Below, in pieces: positions 1 through 10,396 of a stretch of DNA of 64,000 nucleotides. The first letter of the stretch is position 1; each line of letters opens with the position of its first letter. The notes beneath the pieces are model-generated. The model had not been told where the DNA came from. It ran no database searches and was given only the letters and a program-made list of their open reading frames with translations. The translations under genes and the position numbers were made by a program. This DNA is from Candidatus Aenigmatarchaeota archaeon (lineage in GTDB: Archaea > EX4484-52), in contig JAGLPV010000010.1 of NCBI GenBank assembly GCA_023137195.1, positions 2,947 through 66,946 of the forward strand, read 5' to 3'.

Positions 1-1140
1 CCTTAGTCTTCTCATCAATATTTTCTATTATTTTAATATTTTCATCCACAGCAGTCTTTTTTGCAGAAAGTATCTTATCCTTGACTTCCCTTATTTCAAT
101 TTTCAAAAGAGCATTATTTATATCCAAAAGTATCCCTATCAACTCCCCATAATTCTCTTTTATCTTTTCTATAGTCTTATCTACCTTCTCTACCTTATCC
201 TCTATCTTCCTCCTGTTCTTTGCCTGGTTCTCCAAAATCCTTTCAGACTTTTCTATAATGCCCTGCTCTTCTTTTCCTTCCTTTTGCTCTCTCAGTATCT
301 TATAATATTGCATATAATATTGCCCAACAGCATCAGAAAAGCTTTCTTTAAATTGCCTCTTCCCTTTTGTCGGCACATCAAGAGGATAGTAATCAATCAT
401 CCTCTTATCCTCATCCTCCAGAACAAACGGCTTCTTTTCCACACTAATCAAACCTTTAATCTGCTCAAACAATAAATTAACCTGTTTCTCATCCAACGCA
501 GAACAAACATCTGTCTTATTAATCTTCGCCATCTCACAAACCGCATTAGCATATTCCTTCCCAAGGGACAATCCACTAGAAAGATAAGAAACTATCCTTT
601 TATCCGATTTTTTCATCAAATTTATAAACCCTTCATCATCTATAGAAAATATATTCTCTGTAGCAGGAGGAAATAAATATTCCTCTCCTCTCTTCAACGC
701 TCTCCCGCTCCATATTTTTCTTGTCTTCAAAGCAAGTATCTTACTTTCCTTATCCAAAAAAATAAGATTGCTTTTCGCAAAAACCTCGCATACCAAAATA
801 TTATCCTCAAATTCAATAATCAACACCCTGTCAAAATTGTGCTGTCTTATCCCGGTTATCCTTTTTGACTTCAGATGTTTTCTCAAATAAAGAGCAAAAT
901 TCCCTGAACTCTCATCATGAAGTATGGGCTCTTTTGTCAGAAATATCCTATCTATACCAATCACTAACCGATGAGTCCCGTGAGTAGGAATATGAATCAA
1001 CAGATGCATTTCCGAATCCTCTTTTTTCTCTGTTGGGTTGAATGAAAAGACTTTCTGGACTCTTGCACCTTTTAACTTTACGTCCAACTCCTCCGCCAGG
1101 ATTTTGAGGTCAAAACTCGTGAGTTTTCTTGTATTTTGCA
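1..1140 (-). CDS. NFACT/Rqc2-family ribosome quality-control protein (FbpA-like), N-terminal portion; gene runs off the left edge
   Basis: ATG at 1140-1138 on the minus strand. The translation MQNTRKLTSFDLKILAEELDVKLKGARVQKVF ... HDESSGNFALYLRKHL ... KSNLIFLD matches the NFACT-N domain of archaeal Rqc2/NEMF homologues. There is no stop before the window edge. Confidence 0.55.
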
Positions 1141-1215
1141 TATTGTTTTATGAATAGCATGATTTTAAGTGTTTTGATAAAAGTTTTATTAAACATTCGT
1201 CTATTATATTTACAC

Positions 1216-1288
1216 GGGCTGGTAGCTCAGTTGGTAGAGTGCTGCATCGGCATTGCAGAGGCCGCGGGTTCGAATCCCGCCTAGTCCA
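1216..1288 (+). tRNA. tRNA-Ala (anticodon GGC)
   Basis: Cloverleaf by hand: acceptor GGGCTGG/CTAGTCC carrying the G3:U70 Ala identity pair; D arm GCTC-AGTTGGTA-GAGT; anticodon stem CTGCA/TGCAG with loop TCGGCAT; T arm GCGGG-TTCGAAT-CCCGC; discriminator A. No CCA is encoded. C33 instead of U33 is unusual. Confidence 0.8.
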
Positions 1289-1295
1289 TTAAAGG

Positions 1296-1660
1296 CGAGT
1301 GAGCAAAGAAATTTCCCGTAAATTTCGTAAAAAGTGGAAATTTCACAGCGAACCGACCTTTAACCTTGAAAAGCGCGGTATTGCCTGTAAGCCCAGCGAT
1401 TTTCATGGTATTTTTCTGCACGCAAATTTCGTAAAACTGCAGAAAAATGTCGTAAGCGTAAGAACCCACCATGAACCCTTTTTAACCTTAATAATCTCTG
1501 CACGCAATTTCGTAAGACTGTAGAAAAACTCGTAAGCGTAAGACCCCAGAGCAAACCCTTTAAAACCAAAGAAAATACACATAAATTAAACAACCATACA
1601 AAAAATACACATAAGCATAAGACCCCGCAGTGAACCTTTCACACAATAAAACTCTCTACT
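1296..1660. repeat. Degenerate tandem repeat block (about 70-75 bp units containing AAATTTCGTAAAACTGCAGAAAAAT and CGTAAGCGTAAG) immediately 3' of tRNA-Ala. Its core 1340-1475 reappears inverted at 21839-22036.
   Basis: The units ctgcacgcaaatttcgtaaaactgcagaaaaatgtcgtaagcgtaagaaccc and ctgcacgcaatttcgtaagactgtagaaaaactcgtaagcgtaagacccc plus partial copies were seen by eye. The reverse complement of 21880-21990 aligns to 1345-1465 at roughly 85 percent identity. Confidence 0.7.
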
Positions 1661-1730
1661 TTTCCCGAATAATAAAACCTAACCTAAAAAACAGAACCTT
1701 TTATAGAATATAATAACCACAAAAAGTGAT

Positions 1731-2375
1731 TTAGTATCTCCACCACCGCCTTTTGCTGCATTTGAACATATAAAAAAACAAAACGCCAAAAACAGACCCA
1801 AGAGTGTTTACAAGTATATCCGTCATTGTGTCTGTATATTGACCTGCTAAATCATTTATATTCCCACTATCTCCCTGACCTATAAAAAATAATCCCTCTC
1901 CCGAACCCAGGTAAAGAAAACCAAAAAATTCTATTATTTCTACAAAAACCCCCAGCATAGCAACTGAAGCCATTATCAGGAATATAAATATGACCTTATG
2001 CTCATCTAAAAGAGTTTTTTTGATTCTCTCTGTTTCTTTAATATGAAGTTTCCTTTCAATAAAATTGAATGCTATGCAGGCCACAACAAACGAACCTATA
2101 AAATGCACCAGATTATCATAAGCAAATATAGACCACGTGTAATTATAGAAACCAAAAGTCCCCAGATTATGCAAAAGAAAAGCAATATTAAACAAAAGGA
2201 ACTCCATCCTGCCCACCTTAAGCCAGTTATTGACAAAAAGCATAACTGTCAATAAAAACATTGCCAAAATGTTGTCCAGTAGCCATTTCGATTCATTTTG
2301 AAAATTATAGAATGCAAATATTATGTATATTGTCATGAAAACAAAGTAAATCTTGTATTTGTCTTTTTTTATCAT
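1731..2375 (-). CDS. Hypothetical polytopic membrane protein
   Basis: 214-aa ORF with several hydrophobic helices; no family recognised. Confidence 0.45.
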   Translation of the reverse strand: MIKKDKYKIYFVFMTIYIIFAFYNFQNESKWLLDNILAMFLLTVMLFVNNWLKVGRMEFLLFNIAFLLHNLGTFGFYNYTWSIFAYDNLVHFIGSFVVACIAFNFIERKLHIKETERIKKTLLDEHKVIFIFLIMASVAMLGVFVEIIEFFGFLYLGSGEGLFFIGQGDSGNINDLAGQYTDTMTDILVNTLGSVFGVLFFYMFKCSKRRWWRY

Positions 2376-2506
2376 AATACTCCTACTGCCCTTATCAGAT
2401 TAATATCAATAAAACTATAAATATTTTACAAATCAGATAAATTTCTCTTCCATGTATATATCTTTGAAATTATAAAATTAAATAAAAGTTACCTTATAAT
2501 AATATC

Positions 2507-3319
2507 ATGGACCTAAAAAACCAAATAATAACCCTCTACAAAAAAACAGCCACCCAACTCCCAAAGGACATAACTCTAGCTCTAAAGACCGCAAAACAAA
2601 CCGAAGAACTCCCTCTAGCCACAGACACCCTACAAAACATCCTAACTAACATCAATCTAGCAAAAGAAAACTCCAAACCAATCTGCCAGGACACAGGCAC
2701 CCCTTTCTTCTACATAACCCACCCAACTACCAACACCCAACAAGAACTAAAAAAAATCATCCTGGAAGCAACAACCGAAGCAACAGAACAAATCCCCCTA
2801 AGACCAAACGCAGTAAACACCCTAACCGACAAAAACATAGGCAACACCCCAATAATCCATTTTGAAGAAGGAGAAGAACTAAAAATAGACCTAATGCTAA
2901 AAGGCGGCGGCTCTGAAAATGTCTCTGCAATTTACCAATTACCCAACCAAAAACTAAACGCACACAGAAACCTAAACGGCATAAGAAAATGCGCCATAGA
3001 TGCTATTTTCAATGCCCAGGGCAAAGGATGTCCACCATACATCCTAGGCATAGCCGCCGGAGGAAATATAGAAGAAGTCGCCCACCTATCCAAAAAACAA
3101 CTCCTAAGAAACTTAAATGACACCAACCCAATAGAACAATTAAAAGATTTAGAAGAAACCCTCTTGACCCAAATCAACCAGCTAAACATCGGTCCATTGG
3201 GTTTAGGCGGAAAAACAACCGCCCTGGGTGTAAAAATAACAACCACACCAAGGCACCCTGCCTCTTTTTTCGTAGGAATTTCCATAGGATGCTGGTGCTT
3301 AAGGAGGCAGAGCCTATGA
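2507..3319 (+). CDS. fumA: Fe-S hydro-lyase (class I fumarate hydratase / tartrate dehydratase) alpha subunit
   Basis: Carries the CQDTGTP motif and general similarity to the FumA/TtdA N-terminal catalytic domain. Confidence 0.65.
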   Translation: MDLKNQIITLYKKTATQLPKDITLALKTAKQTEELPLATDTLQNILTNINLAKENSKPICQDTGTPFFYITHPTTNTQQELKKIILEATTEATEQIPLRPNAVNTLTDKNIGNTPIIHFEEGEELKIDLMLKGGGSENVSAIYQLPNQKLNAHRNLNGIRKCAIDAIFNAQGKGCPPYILGIAAGGNIEEVAHLSKKQLLRNLNDTNPIEQLKDLEETLLTQINQLNIGPLGLGGKTTALGVKITTTPRHPASFFVGISIGCWCLRRQSL

Positions 3320-4182
3320 TCCACCTAAACACCCCTTTAAGCGAGAAAGACATCCTATCCCTAAACGCCGGAGACCTTGTCCTACTAAACGGAACTGTTT
3401 TCACAGCAAGAGACAAAGCCCACAAATACCTCTTAGAAAATAACTTAGAAACAATAAAAAACTCCGTAATCTACCACTGCGGACCAATAATAAAAGACAA
3501 CAAAGTCATCGCCGCAGGTCCGACAACCAGCTCAAGAGTAAACCCCTACACCCCTGAATTAATCGAAAAATATTCAATAAAAGCCATAATTGGCAAAGGA
3601 GGAATGAACAACTCCGTACTAACAGCAATAAAAGGACGGGCAGTCTACCTCTCAGCCGTAGGCGGAGCCGCCCTAATCTACGCAAAAAACACAAAAATAA
3701 AAAACGTCTACAAAAAAGAATTCGGAATGCCCGAAGCCATATGGGAATTGGAAGTAAAGGATTTCCCCTTAACAGTCACCATGGACTCAAAAGGAAAAAG
3801 CATATACGCCGACATTTACCAAAAATCAAAAAACATCTTTCTAAAACTAACAAACCCAATCAATAAACCCACCATAACCCAAAACAACAACTTAATTTCC
3901 AAATTAGCCGAATACGAAACAAAATGGTGGCAGGCGCACCATAGGAAAAACACAGAATCAATGACACACAACATGGCAAAATTATACGAACTGCAATTTA
4001 ACATACCCTATAAAAAAGCCTTAGAAGCAGTAGAATCCAGAGTAAAAGCAGGACAAGAACACGACATCGCAGAAATGCTGGAAGACAAAAAAGACACAGA
4101 AGAATCCAACAAACACTGGAAAACAGTAGAAGAACTACTAAAAACTCATTTCAAAATTCTAATGAAAGAAACAAAAAAATAA
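3316..4182 (+). CDS. fumB: Fe-S hydro-lyase (class I fumarate hydratase) beta subunit with a roughly 100-aa charged C-terminal extension
   Basis: Start taken at ATG 3316, preceded by GGAGG and overlapping the alpha-subunit stop. Beta-subunit motifs present: HCGPI, AAGPTTS and KAIIGKGGM. Confidence 0.65.
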   Translation: MIHLNTPLSEKDILSLNAGDLVLLNGTVFTARDKAHKYLLENNLETIKNSVIYHCGPIIKDNKVIAAGPTTSSRVNPYTPELIEKYSIKAIIGKGGMNNSVLTAIKGRAVYLSAVGGAALIYAKNTKIKNVYKKEFGMPEAIWELEVKDFPLTVTMDSKGKSIYADIYQKSKNIFLKLTNPINKPTITQNNNLISKLAEYETKWWQAHHRKNTESMTHNMAKLYELQFNIPYKKALEAVESRVKAGQEHDIAEMLEDKKDTEESNKHWKTVEELLKTHFKILMKETKK

Positions 4183-4232
4183 AAAAAAGCTCGTAGAACT
4201 CCTTCTTATAAGTCCTATGGATCAAAACACAA

Positions 4233-5411
4233 CTACAGCTTCAACTTACCCATCCTCTCCGCCGCTTCCTTCGTCTTCTCAATAGACGGCACAAGAGCCA
4301 TTCTTATATAATCCTTCCCTGGATTCACACCATCAACAGTAGTCGCAAAAATCTCCCCGGGCGATACAACCATCCCGCACTCCTCAAGCAATTTTTTCGC
4401 AAATTCCGCCCCGGACATGCCTTTCGCCTTCTGCCAGATATAAAATGTAGCTTTAGGACTATTTACCTCAAGCCCCATCTTCTCAAAAGCATCAACAAAA
4501 ATATCTCTCTTCTCCCTATACTCATCCCTCATCTTTTCAACATGAGTCTCATCCCCTAATGCCGTGATTGCCGCTTCCTGGATAAAATATGGTGTCCCTG
4601 AATCAACGTTTGCCTTCAGCTTCTTGAAAGCAGATATCACCCTTTCATCTCCTGCCGCCCATCCGACGCGGTATCCTGTCATAGCACTTCTCTTTGAGAA
4701 AGAATTAAATACAACCACTCCCTCGGTACTAACTTCAAGCAAACTCATAGATGGCTCTTCAAAATATATCTCTCCATATGGCTCATCCGATGCCAAAATT
4801 ATATCATGCTTATGGCAGAAATCCACCGCCTTCCTGTAAAATTCCTTTGTAGCTGTCTGGCTAGTAGGATTATTCGGGTAATTCATCCACATTATCCTTG
4901 CCTTCTTCAAAATATCACCAGGTATCTTATCAAAATCAGGATAAAAATCATTCTCCTCTGTCAGATTCATATAATAAGGCGTACCTCCCGCAAACAAAGT
5001 CCCTCTCTCATACGGCGGATAACCCGGGTTCGGACAAAGAACAACATCCCCTTTATTTAAAAACGCAAGAGGAAAATTAAATATTGCCTCCTTTGAACCA
5101 AGATTAGACACAACCTGTGTTTTTGAATTCAACTCAACATTAAACCTTTTTTTGGTATATTTACAAATAGCTTCAATATAAGCAGGCATCCCTAATGTCG
5201 GAGGATACCCTGAACATTTATGCTTGTCAATTGCCTTTTTAGCAGCCTCTCTTATAAACTCCGGTGTAGATGTTGTAGGATCTCCCACACCAAAATCAAT
5301 TATATCAACTCCTTTTTCTATCAATTCATTCTTGAGTTTATCTATTTCATCAAAGGCATATCCTCCAATCGAGGCAATATTTTTATTTGCTTCTACTTTC
5401 ATATAATCCAC
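4233..5411 (-). CDS. dapL: Class I/II PLP aminotransferase, probably LL-diaminopimelate aminotransferase (DapL) given the DAP-pathway context
   Basis: Aminotransferase motifs NSFSKRSAMTGYRVGW and NPGYPPY. The gene overlaps dapF in a lysine-biosynthesis operon. Confidence 0.55.
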   Translation of the reverse strand: MDYMKVEANKNIASIGGYAFDEIDKLKNELIEKGVDIIDFGVGDPTTSTPEFIREAAKKAIDKHKCSGYPPTLGMPAYIEAICKYTKKRFNVELNSKTQVVSNLGSKEAIFNFPLAFLNKGDVVLCPNPGYPPYERGTLFAGGTPYYMNLTEENDFYPDFDKIPGDILKKARIMWMNYPNNPTSQTATKEFYRKAVDFCHKHDIILASDEPYGEIYFEEPSMSLLEVSTEGVVVFNSFSKRSAMTGYRVGWAAGDERVISAFKKLKANVDSGTPYFIQEAAITALGDETHVEKMRDEYREKRDIFVDAFEKMGLEVNSPKATFYIWQKAKGMSGAEFAKKLLEECGMVVSPGEIFATTVDGVNPGKDYIRMALVPSIEKTKEAAERMGKLKL

Positions 5412-6250
5412 TCTCCCCTAAATACAAACTCCGCAGGTCCTTCCATATACACGCAATTGTCTTCACTGCTCCATTTAATCTTTAAATCTCCACCATTTAA
5501 ATGAACTGTCACATTCCTGTCAGATTTATCATTCAAGACACATGCAACAGCAGATGCACAAGCCCCTGTCCCGCATGCAAGAGTCTCCCCTGCACCTCTT
5601 TCCCACACTCTCATCCGGATATGGCTTTTGTCTATCGGCTTCACAAACTCAACATTTATCCTTTCAGGAAACATCTTGTGATTCTCCAGTGCCCGACCAA
5701 GTCTCTTGAAATCATCAAACTCCACATCCTCAACAAATACAATGCAATGTGGATTCCCCATAGAAACGCACGTTATCTTAACTTCTTTGCCATCCACATA
5801 AATCAATTCATCAATAACCTTTTCTCCGCTAAAACTTGTAGGAATTTGACTCGCATCCAGTATCGGCTCGCCCATATTTACCTTTGCCGAAAACACAGGT
5901 CCTTTAACATTCAAATCAATTGTCTTTATCCCACTCTCTGTTTCAACAGCCATCCTCTCTTTTTTCACAATGCCCGACTCATACAAATATCTTGCAACGC
6001 ATCTTATTGCATTCCCGCACATCTGGGCTTCGCTCCCGTCTGGATTAAAAATCCTCATTCTTGCATCGGACTCCTTTGACGGCATTATCAGCACAATCCC
6101 ATCTGAACCGACACCAAAATGCCTGTCGCTCATTTTCACCGCCAATTTAGCCAAATCAACCTCATCCAAATTTTCCTCAAAGCAATTAATGTACAAATAG
6201 TCATTCCCTAACCCGTGCATCTTTGTAAATTTTATCTTCATCTTCTTCAC
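5399..6250 (-). CDS. dapF: Diaminopimelate epimerase
   Basis: N-terminus KFTKMHGLGNDY, plus MCGNAIRC and ACGTGACA catalytic-cysteine motifs. Confidence 0.8.
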   Translation of the reverse strand: MKKMKIKFTKMHGLGNDYLYINCFEENLDEVDLAKLAVKMSDRHFGVGSDGIVLIMPSKESDARMRIFNPDGSEAQMCGNAIRCVARYLYESGIVKKERMAVETESGIKTIDLNVKGPVFSAKVNMGEPILDASQIPTSFSGEKVIDELIYVDGKEVKITCVSMGNPHCIVFVEDVEFDDFKRLGRALENHKMFPERINVEFVKPIDKSHIRMRVWERGAGETLACGTGACASAVACVLNDKSDRNVTVHLNGGDLKIKWSSEDNCVYMEGPAEFVFRGEWII

Positions 6251-7725
6251 CCTAAAAATTTACGTATAAATCCTGCCTTCACAACATCCTCAGCAATAGT
6301 TTCAGTCTCGGATTCCATAAGATTCTTCATCATATTTTCCGTCAACTCCTTATGCTCTTTATCAACCTTACAATCAATCAAACCCAAAGCAAGTTCAACT
6401 GACTTCACTACTTCCTGTGGAAAATATTTTAAATTCTCAACATTAAGATACTTGAGGCAATCCGCCAGGTCATTGTCAAAATTTGGATATATTGAACGAA
6501 CCATTTTGACATCATCTTTACTCAATGCCCCCATACCTAAAAGTTCAGGCGGCAACCCGAGAGAATAAAGCGAAGCAGTAAATGTTATAGCGCGAGGCAA
6601 ATGAACATCCGCAGTCTTTCTTGAATAGCCAAACAATCCAATATGCAATTTCCTTTTTCTCCTTTTAGGAATATACAAAGACATTTTATTTATCATCGGT
6701 GCTATTGCCTTAATTTCCTTCTGGTATCGGGCTGATGTTTTTTCAATTATTTTAATCAGCGCCTCTTCATCAACAGGTGTCGGCTCTCCTCTCTCCGAAT
6801 TATTCAGATAATCAATTGCCCTTTTTACAACACTCTCCTCGTAATCATATTTAAAAGCAGACTGGAGTGTGTATGTCTGTATACTCGGAAATTCCTGGAG
6901 TATATTTGCCACATTCGTCGGCTTTAAATTACCTCTAAACGGTGCAGAACCAACTCCTATCATAACAGGAATATCCAAAGATAATTTTTGCTCTAATTTA
7001 TGCAGTCTCTGAAGAGAAATCTTGATAAGAAGCGTTGCCGCAAGACTACCATAATTAAGTGCAGGATCGCTTCTGGCAAGCCAAACCCTTTGATACCCTT
7101 CTGGCTTTTGACTGTTAATATATTCTTCTGTAATCTTATCTGCATCCAACATCGCCTCTTTTGTCTCAAACAAAGGCATGACCCTTATTTTTTTAGGATA
7201 AAACTTACCTATCCACTCTGAAATCTTAATATCTCCTTCAATAAGAGAAACATCCTGTTTCCCTGACACAAACTTCTTATAATACTCAGACAACCGAATC
7301 AATGTCTCGGCAGAAGATGTCATAGGAATACTCACTTCAAACAAAGGCGCAACATCATCATTATATATCGCATTGGATATATCAAAACTCCGTGGGATTG
7401 ACTCCAGCACCTCAAACAATATTTTCGCCTCATTTTTCTCAACCTCCGGGTTCGGCACTCTCAAAAGCATAAACACATCCTTTCCCAGCCGATTGTTCTT
7501 GAAAAAAACAGGATATCTCGTCAAAATTTTCTTTATAACAAAATTATCAACTTCCTTTCCTTCGCAATCCCACAACTGCTCTTTCATATCCAGGTTTGAC
7601 AGGCAATAATATGCCTCTTTTACTTCATCATCTCCTCCTATTATTACATTGTCAGAAAAAAAAGGAGCTCTTACATTATCCGGATGCTGTGTACTCATAC
7701 AACGGGCAATATTAAACTTTGTCAT
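6247..7725 (-). CDS. pepcA: Archaeal-type phosphoenolpyruvate carboxylase
   Basis: MSTQHPDN signature near the N-terminus and a length of about 490 aa, typical of archaeal PepcA. The gene is embedded between lysA and dapF with 4-nt overlaps. Confidence 0.7.
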   Translation of the reverse strand: MTKFNIARCMSTQHPDNVRAPFFSDNVIIGGDDEVKEAYYCLSNLDMKEQLWDCEGKEVDNFVIKKILTRYPVFFKNNRLGKDVFMLLRVPNPEVEKNEAKILFEVLESIPRSFDISNAIYNDDVAPLFEVSIPMTSSAETLIRLSEYYKKFVSGKQDVSLIEGDIKISEWIGKFYPKKIRVMPLFETKEAMLDADKITEEYINSQKPEGYQRVWLARSDPALNYGSLAATLLIKISLQRLHKLEQKLSLDIPVMIGVGSAPFRGNLKPTNVANILQEFPSIQTYTLQSAFKYDYEESVVKRAIDYLNNSERGEPTPVDEEALIKIIEKTSARYQKEIKAIAPMINKMSLYIPKRRKRKLHIGLFGYSRKTADVHLPRAITFTASLYSLGLPPELLGMGALSKDDVKMVRSIYPNFDNDLADCLKYLNVENLKYFPQEVVKSVELALGLIDCKVDKEHKELTENMMKNLMESETETIAEDVVKAGFIRKFLG

Positions 7726-8951
7726 AATAAATCCTCCAAACTTTGCCGCTCCCTGATTATTTTTGCCTCTCCCTTACTGACTATTACCTCTGCCGGGAGC
7801 CTCCTGGAATTATAATTCGAAGCCATAGAAAATCCATAAGCACCTGCATTGCAAATAGCCAGAACATCTCCAACCTTTGTTTTAGGCATCATCCGGTCTT
7901 CTATTCCATCCTCATTTTGCGTAAACACATCGCCGCTCTCGCACACATTCCCTGCAACAACAAGCTTCTCTTCTTCCCTTGTATCCATATTGCTCGCATT
8001 CAAAACATGATGGTAGCTTCCATACATCGCCGGTCTAATCAAGTGATTGAACCCAGTATTGATTCCAACAAAAACATGATTCGGAGTTGATTTTTTATTC
8101 ACAACTTTTGCCAAAAGAAAACCAGCTTCAGCCACAATATACCTACCTGGCTCCAGGCACAAGTACAGTTCCTTCCCGTAACTGGAGCAAAAATCATTAA
8201 ACTTGTCCGAGATTGCTTTCCCAAATTCCTCAATATCAAGCTGCTTCTCACCTGGTCTGTACGGAACGCCAATCCCACCACCAAAATCAATAAACTCTAA
8301 ATTATCAAAGCTTTTCGCAACCTTCAACAAAACATCCATCGCAAGCAAAAATTTTGAAGTATCCAGAATGCCCGAACCAATATGCTCATGTATCCCGACA
8401 ACCGTTAAATTGTATTTTTCAATCACTTCCTTTATTTTATCAATCTTATCAAAATACACCCCGAATTTTGAATTAGGACCTCCTGTTATGCAATGGTCGT
8501 GGTGACCCGCCCCGACATCAGGATTAATCCTAATGGAAATTTTTGAATTCGGATTTAATTTCCCGTAAAGTTCAATCTGCTCCAGTGACCCGATATTCAC
8601 AAGAACATCATTTTCTATGCAGTATTTAAAATCCTCTTCCGACGCATTGTTCCCTGTAAATAATATATTCGATGAATCAAAACCTGCTTTCTTTGAAATA
8701 TATATTTCCTCAGGACTCACCGCATCAATGCCACACCCTTCCTTATTCAAAACTTTTAAAATCTCTATATTCGTATTTGCTTTAGCAGCATAATATATCC
8801 TTGTTTTGGGATAAATAATTGCATTTTTCAATTTATTGTATTGCCCTATAATTTTGTCCTCTTCGTACACGTACAAAGGACTGCTGTACTTTTCAGTTAA
8901 CTCTTCGACAGAGATTCCGCCCAAAAATAATTTGTTGTTTATTGTCTCCAT
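7722..8951 (-). CDS. lysA: Diaminopimelate decarboxylase
   Basis: Ornithine/DAP decarboxylase family 2 motifs YAAKAN, HIGSG, EPGRY and CESGD, with DAP-pathway neighbours. Confidence 0.75.
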   Translation of the reverse strand: METINNKLFLGGISVEELTEKYSSPLYVYEEDKIIGQYNKLKNAIIYPKTRIYYAAKANTNIEILKVLNKEGCGIDAVSPEEIYISKKAGFDSSNILFTGNNASEEDFKYCIENDVLVNIGSLEQIELYGKLNPNSKISIRINPDVGAGHHDHCITGGPNSKFGVYFDKIDKIKEVIEKYNLTVVGIHEHIGSGILDTSKFLLAMDVLLKVAKSFDNLEFIDFGGGIGVPYRPGEKQLDIEEFGKAISDKFNDFCSSYGKELYLCLEPGRYIVAEAGFLLAKVVNKKSTPNHVFVGINTGFNHLIRPAMYGSYHHVLNASNMDTREEEKLVVAGNVCESGDVFTQNEDGIEDRMMPKTKVGDVLAICNAGAYGFSMASNYNSRRLPAEVIVSKGEAKIIRERQSLEDLL

Positions 8952-9256
8952 TTTACCCCCTTGGTAAATATAAGAAGTATAAGTATATAAATTTTTTTAC
9001 TCAATTATGGTAAATTAACTCAGCAACTTAATTCTTCATTATATATATAATTATATTTTGCCCGCAAATTTAGACACAATAAAAGAGCCTTGCAAAATTC
9101 ACTTCTTCTAATGCATACTACCTATTATACTCCGCCCTCATACTTTGTATACAACATGAAAAAATCCTGCACATTCTAAAAAAACAAATCCGTATGATTT
9201 TTGCCCGTGTAAATATAGCCCAACAGTAAGCCCTACTTTTTATAATGAACAACCCA

Positions 9257-9273
9257 CCGGAGCAGAACTCCGG
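9257..9273 (-). terminator. Possible stem-loop (CCGGAG-cagaa-CTCCGG) just downstream of dapA
   Basis: Perfect 6-bp inverted repeat in the 354-bp gap between dapA and lysA. Archaeal termination normally uses T-tracts, so the role is uncertain. Confidence 0.2.
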
Positions 9274-9305
9274 CGAATTGAAATCATCAGGAAATAAAGA
9301 AAAAA

Positions 9306-10184
9306 TCAAATGATCTCTAATTTCTTCAAAACTTGTTCTAATTTAGCCCTGTTTTCCGCACCCATTTTACACAAAGGCAATCTGTAGTTTTCTCCTATCA
9401 ATCCCTTCATTGCAAGACATGCTTTAATTGGAATCGGATTTGTTTCAATAAATATTGCTCTACACAACGGCAATAATTCATAATGCATTTTTCTGGCATT
9501 TTCTAAATCTCCATCAAGAAGACATTTTACCATTTTTGAAATTCTCTCCGGAACTATATTGGAAGCAACAGATATTATCCCATCTCCTTTAAGACACATA
9601 AGAGGAAATGTCATATTATCATCTCCGCTCAAAACACTGAAATTATCTGGTCTTTGTGCAATTACATCCATCATCTGTTGTATGTCCCCGGATGCTTCTT
9701 TTACAGCGACAATATTTTTGTTTTCTGCCAGTCTCATAAGAGTATTGGTTTCTACATTAACTCCGGTTCGCCCTTTTATATTATATACAATCACAGGCAA
9801 CCCCACCTCTGCTATCGCAGTAAAGTGCTCAAACAATCCCTGTTGAGTAGGTTTATTGTAATAAGGATTAACGACCAACGCCGCATCAGCCCCCGCGGAT
9901 TTTGCAAATTCTGTAAATTCAACCGCTGCTTTCGTGCAATTAGACCCCGTGCCCGCAAACACTTTCCCTCTGCCATCAACATATTCAACCACTTTTTTTA
10001 TCACGCTCTTATGCTCCTCTTCAGTCAATGAAGGGCTCTCTCCAGTAGTGCCCACAGGAACTATCCCATCTACGCCGCCGTCTATGTTATAGTCCACAAG
10101 TTCCTTTAATTGTCCCCAGTTAACAGAACCATCACTGTTAAATGGTGTTACTATTGCCGTATATGCTCCTCTTATCTTTTCCAT
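9306..10184 (-). CDS. dapA: 4-hydroxy-tetrahydrodipicolinate synthase
   Basis: Motifs TAIVTPF, GTTGE and the KEASGD region. The start is set at the internal Met (MEKIRGAYTAIVTPF); the ORF could extend back to 10229. Confidence 0.75.
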   Translation of the reverse strand: MEKIRGAYTAIVTPFNSDGSVNWGQLKELVDYNIDGGVDGIVPVGTTGESPSLTEEEHKSVIKKVVEYVDGRGKVFAGTGSNCTKAAVEFTEFAKSAGADAALVVNPYYNKPTQQGLFEHFTAIAEVGLPVIVYNIKGRTGVNVETNTLMRLAENKNIVAVKEASGDIQQMMDVIAQRPDNFSVLSGDDNMTFPLMCLKGDGIISVASNIVPERISKMVKCLLDGDLENARKMHYELLPLCRAIFIETNPIPIKACLAMKGLIGENYRLPLCKMGAENRAKLEQVLKKLEII

Positions 10185-10396
10185 ATTTATCACATTTATC
10201 ATAATTTTTATACCTACAAAAAAACACAATAATATCCACTAATGGTATAAAATACAATGCAACTCAACTTTATTTCAGTCGTTTGCCTGATTGTTTAAGT
10301 TTGCATCCTGCATATCCTACCAAATCAAGTTTTTGCATACTTATTCCTACAGGAAAATTATTTAAATCTTTTCCCGGTTAAAAAGTGAAAACCAAA

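Noticed and set aside
284-475. 63-aa ORF on the plus strand
   Set aside because: It lies antisense within the NFACT/Rqc2 gene (1-1140, minus), has a low-complexity hydrophobic translation and no independent support.
1299-1593. ORFs 1299-1523(+), 1360-1593(-), 1281-1472(-) and 21839-22183(+), which give similar peptides (…HENRWAY…YRAFQG)
   Set aside because: They overlap the conserved tRNA-flank repeat element. The shared peptide is what 85 percent nucleotide identity would produce in any frame. No start context or RBS is present, and the 21839 ORF reads through the tRNA-Glu gene. They are treated as non-coding, but a small conserved protein is not completely excluded.
9118-9309. 63-aa ORF in the dapA-lysA gap
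   Set aside because: The sequence is hydrophobic and low-complexity and overlaps the dapA stop. It is probably non-coding leader or terminator sequence.
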